A stretch of DNA of 20,739 nt from Candidatus Altarchaeum sp. (GCA_018260615.1 JAGWDQ010000134.1:1-20739), one strand, 5' to 3'; shown: positions 1 to 9,515, numbered from the stretch's first letter. The notes: a model not told the origin generated them from the sequence alone. Numbers and translations: made by a program.

Positions 1-94
1 TTAATTAATAATTTACAAGAATATAAGTGGCCTACTTTCATATGCTACATAACCGATACGAATTTTAATATAACCTAAAAAATAATACAATAAT

Positions 95-913
95 ATGATG
101 CAAAAAATTAAATCATTAATTACTGGAATAATTCCAAAGAAGTATTACCCTCAATTTATGGAAATGTATACCAAATGCAGATATCTATTTTTGTTTCCAC
201 TATATGTCGGCAGTAAATTTAAATGTCCATTTTGTGGAGGGCACTTTAGAAAATTTTTACCGGCAGGATTAGACCTTCCGGTATTGAGAGAGAAGCATAT
301 TGTGGGTGTAGGTTATAGATTAAATGCAATATGTCCTTGTTGTAATTCAACCGATAGGGAACGCCTTATATATTTATATCTCAAACACAAGACCAATTTT
401 TTTCATGAAACTCTCAAAGTATTGCATGTTGCACCGGAAATGAATTTACAAAAAGTTCTTAAGAGTTGTCCGAATATAAATTATATCAGTGCAGATATTG
501 ATTCCCTTTTAGCAATGGTCAAAATGGACATTACAAATATTGGATATGGCGACAACTCATTTGATTTTATTATTTACAATCATGTTTTAGAACACATACC
601 AGACGATAAGAACGCCATGTCGGAATTATACCGGGTGTTGAAATCGGGGGGAGGGGCAATTTTACAGGTTCCCATATCTTTATTACTTAATAAAACTTAT
701 GAAGACCCAACAGTTGTAACACCTGAAAAAAGAGAAATTTTATTTGGTCAGAATGACTATGTCAGAATTTATGCTAAAGATTACAAAGATAGACTTGAAA
801 GTGTCGGGTTTTCTGTTGAAGTTTATTCTACAAAAGAATTTGGTGAATCTTTTATTCATAAATATAGGTTACTAAAAAATGAGAATATATACATTTGCTC
901 AAAACAGGAGTGA
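95..913 (+). CDS. Class I SAM-dependent methyltransferase with N-terminal CxxC...CxxC motif (glycan-cluster-associated type)
   Basis: 272 aa. CPFCGG and CPCCNSTDRERL cysteine pairs, motif I variant VLHVAPE, YISADID, and FDFII.NHVLEHIPDD. Start is either ATG 95 or ATG 98. Confidence 0.85.
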   Translation: MMQKIKSLITGIIPKKYYPQFMEMYTKCRYLFLFPLYVGSKFKCPFCGGHFRKFLPAGLDLPVLREKHIVGVGYRLNAICPCCNSTDRERLIYLYLKHKTNFFHETLKVLHVAPEMNLQKVLKSCPNINYISADIDSLLAMVKMDITNIGYGDNSFDFIIYNHVLEHIPDDKNAMSELYRVLKSGGGAILQVPISLLLNKTYEDPTVVTPEKREILFGQNDYVRIYAKDYKDRLESVGFSVEVYSTKEFGESFIHKYRLLKNENIYICSKQE

Positions 914-1105
914 AAACCATAGAATTTGAATAAAATTTAAAGTTATTAAACAACATGCTCAATATGAATATTTACACTAAGTTTACTTGGAATCAAATTT
1001 TAATACTTTATGTATTAATAGGAACAATAGTATGTAATATTTTACCAATTCCTGAATTGGCAAAAGGAGCAATAGCAATAAATAGAAATAAATCCAATAA
1101 ATAAT

Positions 1106-3325
1106 ATGAGAATTTCATTAAGTTTAATAGGGTTGGTGTATGTTGTAGTAGTAGGAGTTTTATGCCATATCTTACCAATTCCAGAAATTGTTAAAGGATT
1201 TTTGGCACTACCGGTCTTTCTAATAATCCCATACATGATAGGTAACGCTTCATTTTATGCCATAAAATATTTCTTAAGGATTGATGATGAGACGAATAAA
1301 ATTTCAAGATTTATTATATATTGGTGTATAGGGACAATAGTTATAACTTTGTTAGCGATGTTTTTAGAAAGTATAAATATGTTTAATATTTATTCTTATG
1401 TGGGATTTCTTGGAATTTTATCTATGTGGGGGGTAATTAAAGACACCTCTAAAAATAGATTGTGCAATAAAAAAATAACTCACAAAAATAAGGGTTATAC
1501 TTTTAATCGTATTTTTCCCTTATTGTTATCTTTTTTAATTGGGATTATTCCTGCGATATTTATTTCTCATTTTTCACCATTTCCATTTATTTATGGGATA
1601 GATTGTTTTCACCACAGCTTTTCCTCTGGGGTAATTATCAATCATGGGCACTTTTTCCTTGATAGTTCTTATTTCCCAACATTTCATCTCTTTATCTCTG
1701 TTCTTACTGTTATTTTTAATGCGCATTTAGAAACGATGTCTTTTTTCTGGACTGCCAGATTTCTTACATATCCTGCATGTGCAGTTGGAATTTATTTGTT
1801 TATTTATCAAATATCAAAAGATAATAAAATCGCTTTGTTGGGATCGTTTATTGGCGTGTGGTTCATGATGATTGTCCCACAATATATGCCACTTTCCATA
1901 CATTATTACTTTACTCCAAAGATAATGGTAGACATTTTATTCCCTTTTTTCTTATATCTCATACACAAAACTTTGATTGCAAATAAAAAAATATTTATGT
2001 TCAAAAGTAAAGACCTGGTTATCTTATTAACTCTGCCTCTGGCATATATTCTGTTTCTTTTTGTGATAGACCACTGGATAAAGCAGATATACGATATCTA
2101 TTCCATTGTAATTCTTACATCAATACTTATATACATTTTTATCCTGAAAAAAGTAACCACAGATACAAATAAAACGGAGGCATTCATATTAACTGTTGTA
2201 TGTCTAACTCTTTTTTATTTTCATAAACCAATGGGTTTATTGGCAATAATGATCATTCTGTTATGGTGTTTTAGTATATGGTTCGCACAAAAATCAAAAT
2301 TCAAATCCTTTTTGATTATTTATTTGTGGATGTTATTTGTACTATTATTCTTCCTCTTACAATTTTTCGATATTCTACAATTTCAGACCATAGGAATGCG
2401 ATATGGCGGTAGCGATGAAAATCTGCCTGTTAGGGGGTACATACATTTTATACATTCCACTATTACTTCTTCAGTGATATCTCCTCTTTTTCTATTCCTT
2501 TGTATTGGTATGACATACGCATTGTTTTTTGATAGACAAAAGTATTTGCATCTTTCTTTAATATTCATAGTATTTTTTATATTTTTCATATCTTTTTTGC
2601 CAGTAAAATTTATGGAGCGAGTGTTTCCATTTGTTGTTCCATTTTTCGTATACTTTGTATCTCTTGGTATAATTCAACTATCAAATATGATAAGAAAAAC
2701 TTATAAATCAAAACTTGCACAGCCCCTCTTTATTACTTTGATAATAGTAATTGTAGTTATTGTGGCAATTAACCCATACATGTCGTATATAAATAAAATT
2801 GTTTCACCATCAAATCCTCATTTTACATTTTATACTGAAAAGGAGTATGATACATATAGGTGGCTTGGTGAAGTTACTAAAAACCGGGATGCCATTATAA
2901 TAACTGACTCACTTACTAGATCCCTTGCTAGTGGAATCTCTCAAAAAGATGTATTTGGTGGGGGCGTAACTTATAAGCAGTATGTTGACTTATCTATTGC
3001 AGAAATATTATTCACAAATGATTCCCAGAAAGCGTATGAACAACTAAATTTTTTACTTACAAACAAAACTTTTACATGTTATTGGTATATGAATTCACCA
3101 CAAACACAAAAATGCGACTATAATCTAACGGGCGCAATTATTATTATTGCTCCACGGACAGAAAACGCGTATAAACGATTATACCCCGAAAAAAATTTAG
3201 AACTTAACTTGAAAAAATTTTACGATTCCGCTTTTTTCACCGTACTATATAAAGACGATGAAAATAAAATTTATATCTTCGGAGTAAATCCGGAGCCGGG
3301 AGTGCCATTTAAAATTCAGAACTAA
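1106..3325 (+). CDS. Multipass membrane protein, probable GT-C-fold glycosyltransferase or glycan-modifying enzyme
   Basis: 739 aa with many hydrophobic segments, a polar loop motif YGIDCFHH, a conserved-looking MERVFP near the last helices and a soluble C-terminal domain of about 180 aa. Sits beside a flippase. Function is inferred from topology and context. Confidence 0.55.
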   Translation: MRISLSLIGLVYVVVVGVLCHILPIPEIVKGFLALPVFLIIPYMIGNASFYAIKYFLRIDDETNKISRFIIYWCIGTIVITLLAMFLESINMFNIYSYVGFLGILSMWGVIKDTSKNRLCNKKITHKNKGYTFNRIFPLLLSFLIGIIPAIFISHFSPFPFIYGIDCFHHSFSSGVIINHGHFFLDSSYFPTFHLFISVLTVIFNAHLETMSFFWTARFLTYPACAVGIYLFIYQISKDNKIALLGSFIGVWFMMIVPQYMPLSIHYYFTPKIMVDILFPFFLYLIHKTLIANKKIFMFKSKDLVILLTLPLAYILFLFVIDHWIKQIYDIYSIVILTSILIYIFILKKVTTDTNKTEAFILTVVCLTLFYFHKPMGLLAIMIILLWCFSIWFAQKSKFKSFLIIYLWMLFVLLFFLLQFFDILQFQTIGMRYGGSDENLPVRGYIHFIHSTITSSVISPLFLFLCIGMTYALFFDRQKYLHLSLIFIVFFIFFISFLPVKFMERVFPFVVPFFVYFVSLGIIQLSNMIRKTYKSKLAQPLFITLIIVIVVIVAINPYMSYINKIVSPSNPHFTFYTEKEYDTYRWLGEVTKNRDAIIITDSLTRSLASGISQKDVFGGGVTYKQYVDLSIAEILFTNDSQKAYEQLNFLLTNKTFTCYWYMNSPQTQKCDYNLTGAIIIIAPRTENAYKRLYPEKNLELNLKKFYDSAFFTVLYKDDENKIYIFGVNPEPGVPFKIQN

Positions 3326-4589
3326 TCTGATGAGAAAGTTTTAGACGAGCAAGAATCCAGATGATACCAATTGCTTGACCAATCAACCACCCATACCCAA
3401 CACCAATTAATCCAAAATAAAACATAAGTAAAGTTCCGGATATTATTGCAGGTATTGTTATCAGAAAATTAAAGATTATCGTTTCCTTCATTTTCTTTTT
3501 TATAAGCAACTCAACTAAATATATCCTATTTATCACAAAAAAGTAAATAGAAATTGTAAAGATATACCACAAATCTAATGAGTTTAAATATGTTTCTCCA
3601 AATAAAGAAAGAACAAATTTTCCAAACAAAAATACGCCAATAATACTAATTGTAGCAATTATTAATGAAGATTTTAGTCCTTTATTCCTGTTTTTTTTTA
3701 TTTCGTTCATATTATAAGAACCCTCTATAAAAAAAGACATTATTGTTGACATAAGAAATGTCCTAATTAGTGTAAATATTACCCATACAAGAAAAAAATA
3801 TGCTGTCATTTCTGCAGAGAGAATGTTAAGAATAAGTATCGGGAGCAGCAAACCGAAAAGCCCTGAAGCAATTGATGAAAAATAATTTGTGAGAATATAG
3901 TTAAAATTTTTCTTTATAATGTCAAAACTTATATTCAATTTAAAAATTATTAATCTTGCTTTGTATAAAAGAAATAAAGAAATAAAAACACCCAGCAATG
4001 TTCCAATTCCTGTGGAATAAAAAATTCCTATATACAAAAAAGAAACAAATAAAGGCAATAGAATAATTTTTCCGATATTTGTTACTATCTGTTCTACAAG
4101 GATGTATTTTGTCTTTCTGAATGCCATGAATATTCCATTAAAAAGTGCAACTATCGTAGAAAAAATTGCAAACAAAATAAAAATAAATCCATAAAACAAA
4201 TTTTCTTTTAAGAAAATTAATTTTGAAGAAAAAATCTCTATAAAAAATACAAAAATAAATGACATGAGCAATACTATAAAACAACTTATCATGAGAAAGG
4301 AAAATACCAGTTTATTTTTATCTAAAGAAGATGCAGAAGGAACAAGTTTTATTAGTGCATTACCAAATCCACCAGTCATAGAAAACAAAATTATCAAACT
4401 TATTGCAGAAAACATTGCAGAATATATTCCAATATCAGACGCTGAATAAAGACGAGTTGCTACCATTAAAAATATAAAACCAAGCAATCCATTAACAATA
4501 TTGGAAAGCATCAGATAAAATGAATTTTTATACAAATTATCAGCATAAAGACCTCTTACAATTTTTCTAAAATTTTCAATTATTGTCAT
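3309..4589 (-). CDS. Wzx/MOP-family oligosaccharide flippase (polysaccharide biosynthesis protein)
   Basis: 426 aa, about 12 hydrophobic helices, typical N-terminus NSFYLMLSNIVNGLLGFIFLMVATRLYSASDIG and C-terminal FGLIGVGYGW. Confidence 0.85.
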   Translation of the reverse strand: MTIIENFRKIVRGLYADNLYKNSFYLMLSNIVNGLLGFIFLMVATRLYSASDIGIYSAMFSAISLIILFSMTGGFGNALIKLVPSASSLDKNKLVFSFLMISCFIVLLMSFIFVFFIEIFSSKLIFLKENLFYGFIFILFAIFSTIVALFNGIFMAFRKTKYILVEQIVTNIGKIILLPLFVSFLYIGIFYSTGIGTLLGVFISLFLLYKARLIIFKLNISFDIIKKNFNYILTNYFSSIASGLFGLLLPILILNILSAEMTAYFFLVWVIFTLIRTFLMSTIMSFFIEGSYNMNEIKKNRNKGLKSSLIIATISIIGVFLFGKFVLSLFGETYLNSLDLWYIFTISIYFFVINRIYLVELLIKKKMKETIIFNFLITIPAIISGTLLMFYFGLIGVGYGWLIGQAIGIIWILARLKLSHQISSEF

Positions 4590-4659
4590 TTTAATTTATT
4601 TTTGTTTTTAATCTCTAATGATTAATTTATAATTCCAATTTTAGTTTATAAATTGTAAT

Positions 4660-7600
4660 ATGTCTAAAAATTTATCAAAAACAGGAGCGGTATTTTTTGT
4701 GGCAATAACCATTATATTATTGTTAATTTACGGAAATCCATACGCTCCGCCAGTTATTGAACAGGGCAATTTAAAATTAACCCTTGCCAAAGAACTTCCG
4801 GAGCCGTATGCATATTTATACAATAAAGACAAGAAAATCCTGACAATTAGTCCCTGGCAGGCATTAATAAAATACGATGGAAAAGCAAGAGTAATTTATC
4901 TTTATGGAAGCAATGCTACATGGTTTAACGGCAGTGATGACAAGCAAATTAATGTTGAAAATAATAAAATAATTATTAAATATTCAAACCCGTCAAAAGA
5001 CCCGAGCGAAGTAAGAATTACATTTTCTCTTGATGAAGAAAAATTAAATTATAAGGTTGAAGGTAATTTTTCCGATCCGGAAAAAATTGAAGCATTTTCC
5101 TGCGGAGTTCTTGGTAAAGGAAGTTACGGAGAAGATTATGAAAGGATTTTGACCCCTTCTGATGATGTTATAGAAAATAAAGAAAACAAATCATTCACAT
5201 TCATTAAAGGTTTTCAAATTCCTGAGATAAATAAAAATTATAATTTAATGATTTCAAATTCCACAATGCTTAATATAAGTGGAAAATTTATTAAAATAGA
5301 AATCTCAAATCCTCCACATGCTCATGTTTCCAGATTTTATGTTAATCCAAACGAAACATTAACAATTAAAGTTCAGGAACCGATTGAATTAAATTTAACA
5401 GATAAGAGCAATTTAAAATTAACCCTTGCCAAAGAACTTCCGGAGCCGTATGCATATTTATACAATAAAGACAAGAAAATCCTGACAATTAGTCCCTGGC
5501 AGGCATTAATAAAATACGATGGAAAAGCAAGAGTAATTTATCTTTATGGAAGCAATGCTACATGGTTTAACGGCAGTGATGACAAGCAAATTAATGTTGA
5601 AAATAATAAAATAATTATTAAATATTCAAACCCGTCAAAAGACCCGAGCGAAGTAAGAATTACATTTTCTCTTGATGAAGAAAAATTAAATTATAAGGTT
5701 GAAGGTAATTTTTCCGATCCGGAAAAAATTGAAGCATTTTCCTGCGGAGTTCTTGGTAAAGGAAGTTACGGAGAAGATTATGAAAGGATTTTGACCCCTT
5801 CTGATGATGTTATAGAAAATAAAGAAAACAAATCATTCACATTCATTAAAGGTTTTCAAATTCCTGAGATAAATAAAAATTATAATTTAATGATTTCAAA
5901 TTCCACAATGCTTAATATAAGTGGAAAATTTATTAAAATAGAAATCTCAAATCCTCCACATGCTCATGTTTCCAGATTTTATGTTAATCCAAACGAAACA
6001 TTAACAATTAAAGTTCAGGAACCGATTGAATTAAATTTAACAGATAAGAGCAATTTAAAATTAACCCTTGCCAAAGAACTTCCGGAGCCGTATGCATATT
6101 TATACAATAAAGACAAGAAAATCCTGACAATTAGTCCCTGGCAGGCATTAATAAAATACGATGGAAAAGCAAGAGTAATTTATCTTTATGGAAGCAATGC
6201 TACATGGTTTAACGGCAGTGATGACAAGCAAATTAATGTTGAAAATAATAAAATAATTATTAAATATTCAAACCCGTCAAAAGACCCGAGCGAAGTAAGA
6301 ATTACATTTTCTCTTGATGAAGAAAAATTAAATTATAAGGTTGAAGGTAATTTTTCCGATCCGGAAAAAATTGAAGCATTTTCCTGCGGAGTTCTTGGTA
6401 AAGGAAGTTACGGAGAAGATTATGAAAGGATTTTGACCCCTTCTGATGATGTTATAGAAAATAAAGAAAACAAATCATTCACATTCATTAAAGGTTTTCA
6501 AATTCCTGAGATAAATAAAAATTATAATTTAATGATTTCAAATTCCACAATGCTTAATATAAGTGGAAAATTTATTAAAATAGAAATCTCAAATCCTCCA
6601 CATGCTCATGTTTCCAGATTTTATGTTAATCCAAACGAAACATTAACAATTAAAGTTCAGGAACCGATTGAATTAAATTTAACAGATAAGAGCAATTTAA
6701 AATTAACCCTTGCCAAAGAACTTCCGGAGCCGTATGCATATTTATACAATAAAGACAAGAAAATCCTGACAATTAGTCCCTGGCAGGCATTAATAAAATA
6801 CGATGGAAAAGCAAGAGTAATTTATCTTTATGGAAGCAATGCTACATGGTTTAACGGCAGTGATGACAAGCAAATTAATGTTGAAAATAATAAAATAATT
6901 ATTAAATATTCAAACCCGTCAAAAGACCCGAGCGAAGTAAGAATTACATTTTCTCTTGATGAAGAAAAATTAAATTATAAGGTTGAAGGTAATTTTTCCG
7001 ATCCGGAAAAAATTGAAGCATTTTCCTGCGGAGTTCTTGGTAAAGGAAGTTACGGAGAAGATTATGAAAGGATTTTGACCCCTTCTGATGATGTTATAGA
7101 AAATAAAGAAAACAAATCATTCACATTCATTAAAGGTTTTCAAATTCCTGAGATAAATAAAAATTATAATTTAATGATTTCAAATTCCACAATGCTTAAT
7201 ATAAGTGGAAAATTTATTAAAATAGAAATCTCAAATCCTCCACATGCTCATGTTTCCAGATTTTATGTTAATCCAAACGAAACATTAACAATTAAAGTTC
7301 AGGAACCGATTGAATTAAATTTAACAGATAAGAGCAATTTAAAATTAACCCTTGCCAAAGAACTTCCGGAGCCGTATGCATATTTATACAATAAAGACAA
7401 GAAAATCCTGACAATTAGTCCCTGGCAGGCATTAATAAAATACGATGGAAAAGCAAGAGTAATTTATCTTTATGGAAGCAATGCTACATGGTTTAACGGC
7501 AGTGATGACAAGCAAATTAATGTTGAAAATAATAAAATAATTATTAAATATTCAAACCCGTCAAAAGACCCGAGCGAAGTAAGAATTACATTTTCTCTTG

Positions 7601-8676
7601 ATGAAGAAAAATTAAATTATAAGGTTGAAGGTAATTTTTCCGATCCGGAAAAAATTGAAGCATTTTCCTGCGGAGTTCTTGGTAAAGGAAGTTACGGAGA
7701 AGATTATGAAAGGATTTTGACCCCTTCTGATGATGTTATAGAAAATAAAGAAAACAAATCATTCACATTCATTAAAGGTTTTCAAATTCCTGAGATAAAT
7801 AAAAATTATAATTTAATGATTTCAAATTCCACAATGCTTAATATAAGTGGAAAATTTATTAAAATAGAAATCTCAAATCCTCCACATGCTCATGTTTCCA
7901 GATTTTATGTTAATCCAAACGAAACATTAACAATTAAAGTTCAGGAACCGATAGAGTTAAATTTAACCCAAACCTATCCGATAACCGTCTCAACATCAAA
8001 AAAAATTTGGGATGGAATTCACATTTATAAAAACGGAACCAAAATTTTATCCCTGTCTACATGGGAAGCAATATTTAAACATGACGGAAGAACACAAAGA
8101 TTACTTTCCAGCTTAAAGTATGATGAAGATTATCCGAACAAATTACTCTTTAACTACAACAATTCGGCAAAAATAACCAAAATTTCAGAAATAAAACAAA
8201 ACAACAAAACAACCGGCTATGAAATGAATGTTTCATGGGTCAATGAAAGCAGAGATGTTCAGGAGATCGGATTTAGCATAAAAATCTATGAAAACAAAAG
8301 TTATGCGGAAATCAAATACATTTACAGAACAAAAAACGCTTATGTTAATTTAGAACCATTATCCTACGGAATATCATTTGATAAAAACAAATTTACATAT
8401 ATAAAGGTCGTAAAAAACAGCGAAATAACAGGAAACATAAAAAGAAGTCCTGTAGAAAATGAAAAGAAGGGCTATCTGAATTTTGCAGGATGCGAACAGG
8501 GAAAATGCGATAAAATAATAGCGGATCAGTGGTTCATAGATAAAGGAAACAAGAATTATGAAAAAGCCGTTGAAATTAAAGGTAATTTCAGCAGAATAGG
8601 GCATTATTTTACCTATAATCTTGTCCGGTTTTATATGGATGACTTTAAAGAGCCGTTAAAAATATATGTTGATTGA
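4660..8676 (+). CDS. Membrane-anchored or secreted surface protein with five identical 214-aa domains plus one diverged C-terminal domain
   Basis: 1338 aa. N-terminal basic + hydrophobic segment (KTGAVFFVAITIILLLIYG), beta-rich repeats, 8 N-x-S/T sequons per repeat. Confidence 0.8.
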   Translation: MSKNLSKTGAVFFVAITIILLLIYGNPYAPPVIEQGNLKLTLAKELPEPYAYLYNKDKKILTISPWQALIKYDGKARVIYLYGSNATWFNGSDDKQINVENNKIIIKYSNPSKDPSEVRITFSLDEEKLNYKVEGNFSDPEKIEAFSCGVLGKGSYGEDYERILTPSDDVIENKENKSFTFIKGFQIPEINKNYNLMISNSTMLNISGKFIKIEISNPPHAHVSRFYVNPNETLTIKVQEPIELNLTDKSNLKLTLAKELPEPYAYLYNKDKKILTISPWQALIKYDGKARVIYLYGSNATWFNGSDDKQINVENNKIIIKYSNPSKDPSEVRITFSLDEEKLNYKVEGNFSDPEKIEAFSCGVLGKGSYGEDYERILTPSDDVIENKENKSFTFIKGFQIPEINKNYNLMISNSTMLNISGKFIKIEISNPPHAHVSRFYVNPNETLTIKVQEPIELNLTDKSNLKLTLAKELPEPYAYLYNKDKKILTISPWQALIKYDGKARVIYLYGSNATWFNGSDDKQINVENNKIIIKYSNPSKDPSEVRITFSLDEEKLNYKVEGNFSDPEKIEAFSCGVLGKGSYGEDYERILTPSDDVIENKENKSFTFIKGFQIPEINKNYNLMISNSTMLNISGKFIKIEISNPPHAHVSRFYVNPNETLTIKVQEPIELNLTDKSNLKLTLAKELPEPYAYLYNKDKKILTISPWQALIKYDGKARVIYLYGSNATWFNGSDDKQINVENNKIIIKYSNPSKDPSEVRITFSLDEEKLNYKVEGNFSDPEKIEAFSCGVLGKGSYGEDYERILTPSDDVIENKENKSFTFIKGFQIPEINKNYNLMISNSTMLNISGKFIKIEISNPPHAHVSRFYVNPNETLTIKVQEPIELNLTDKSNLKLTLAKELPEPYAYLYNKDKKILTISPWQALIKYDGKARVIYLYGSNATWFNGSDDKQINVENNKIIIKYSNPSKDPSEVRITFSLDEEKLNYKVEGNFSDPEKIEAFSCGVLGKGSYGEDYERILTPSDDVIENKENKSFTFIKGFQIPEINKNYNLMISNSTMLNISGKFIKIEISNPPHAHVSRFYVNPNETLTIKVQEPIELNLTQTYPITVSTSKKIWDGIHIYKNGTKILSLSTWEAIFKHDGRTQRLLSSLKYDEDYPNKLLFNYNNSAKITKISEIKQNNKTTGYEMNVSWVNESRDVQEIGFSIKIYENKSYAEIKYIYRTKNAYVNLEPLSYGISFDKNKFTYIKVVKNSEITGNIKRSPVENEKKGYLNFAGCEQGKCDKIIADQWFIDKGNKNYEKAVEIKGNFSRIGHYFTYNLVRFYMDDFKEPLKIYVD
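4766..7952 (+). repeat. Intragenic tandem repeat, 642-bp unit, about 4.96 copies
   Basis: The anchor gcaatttaaaattaacccttgcc starts at 4766, 5408, 6050, 6692 and 7334 (period 642). Translated units are identical and DNA spot checks showed no differences. Identity ends at 7952. Confidence 0.95.
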
Positions 8677-8691
8677 AAACAAATTTATTAA

Positions 8692-9188
8692 GAAAAAATA
8701 TCAGCAAATACTGGATTAGCAGGATTTGTTGAAAATGTGAAACCACGCGATGTCAAAATAGTTGTAGAAGGAGAGGAAGAGAAAATTAAAAAGTTTATTG
8801 AAAAAATAAAAATTAACGAGTATCCGGTAGATGTTAAAGAAATAAATGTCTCTTATGAAGAACCAACAAATGAATTTGAGTATTTTGAAATAAGACAGGG
8901 CGATTGGGAAGATGAAATTGTAGAAAAGGCAGATGTGATTGTAGCGTTGCTTTCCAAATGGGTGGATTCACAAGAAAAATTGGTTACTGTACAGGAAAAG
9001 ATGTTTGAGAAATGGGAACTTGCAAATAGATGATGTTGAAAGAGATAAAACAGGATACGGGAGAAATGAACACAGACATAAAATCAATTCCGTGACTGGT
9101 TGAAGAAGTACATATTTTAAAAATTCGTCAGGAAAATATGGAAATGAAAATTATGAAAATAAAAGGAATGATTAAAACAGAAGTGTAA
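8692..9188 (+). pseudogene. acyP: 5'-truncated, frameshifted acylphosphatase with coiled-coil C-terminal tail
   Basis: Frame opens after a TAA at 8689 and reads EKISANTGLAGFVENVKPRDVKIVVEGEEEKIKKF, the acylphosphatase core, but lacks strand 1 and the VQGVGFR-type catalytic loop. The tail continues in another frame as MMLKEIKQDTGEMNTDIKSIP*LVEEVHILKIRQENMEMKIMKIKGMIKTEV* with an internal TGA at 9093. Confidence 0.7.
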
Positions 9189-9224
9189 AAGTAGATGTTC
9201 CGGTTAGTGGTTTCTGTCAGTAAA

Positions 9225-9362
9225 ATGAATTAATTTTATGGCCGAGAAAATGAACTCGGAGTTGGCATACATGTGAAAATAACAGACGAAAAATAAAATT
9301 TACGGAAAAATGGAATTATTGCTTTTGATTTATCTGATTTCAGGTTAAGAATGAGGACATGA
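9225..9362 (+). pseudogene. Possible remnant of an archaeal ATPase (ATPase_2/AAA-type) gene
   Basis: Reads MN*FYGRENELGVGIHVKITDEK*NLRKNGIIAFDLSDF. FYGRENEL resembles the F.GRE.EL N-terminal motif of these ATPases and IIAFD resembles a Walker B. Short, two stops, no Walker A. Confidence 0.3.
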
Positions 9363-9420
9363 CCTTTTGAACATATAAATAATTTATGATAAATTTAATG
9401 TAACCATTCAGCCACCCAAA

Positions 9421-9447
9421 AAATCACCTCACTTCGTTCGGAGATTT
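9421..9447. repeat. Imperfect hairpin with acttcgttcg loop
   Basis: aaat-cac-ctc-acttcgttcg-gag-attt. The minus strand contains AC-GAA-GT, a GNA-triloop mini-hairpin related to the element at 11039 and 16392. Confidence 0.45.
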
Positions 9448-9484
9448 AAAATAAATTTTAAATACTAAAAAACATAAGTTTTTT

Positions 9485-9515
9485 AATCTTTAAAAATCTG
9501 TAAGATTTTTAAATA
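9485..9515. repeat. 31-bp dispersed palindromic repeat, copy 1
   Basis: aatctttaaaaatctgtaagatttttaaata, identical to 18051-18081. Contains the perfect 11-bp inverted repeat tttaaaaatct-gta-agatttttaaa. Confidence 0.85.

Noticed and set aside
4590-4659. Specific TATA/BRE assignment in the divergent promoter region
   Set aside because: Several TTTATA-like words occur in very AT-rich DNA; none can be singled out without TSS data.
8737-9033. 98-aa ORF as a functional acylphosphatase
   Set aside because: The GTG start is internal to the fold, the catalytic loop is missing and the tail is frameshifted; treated as a pseudogene.
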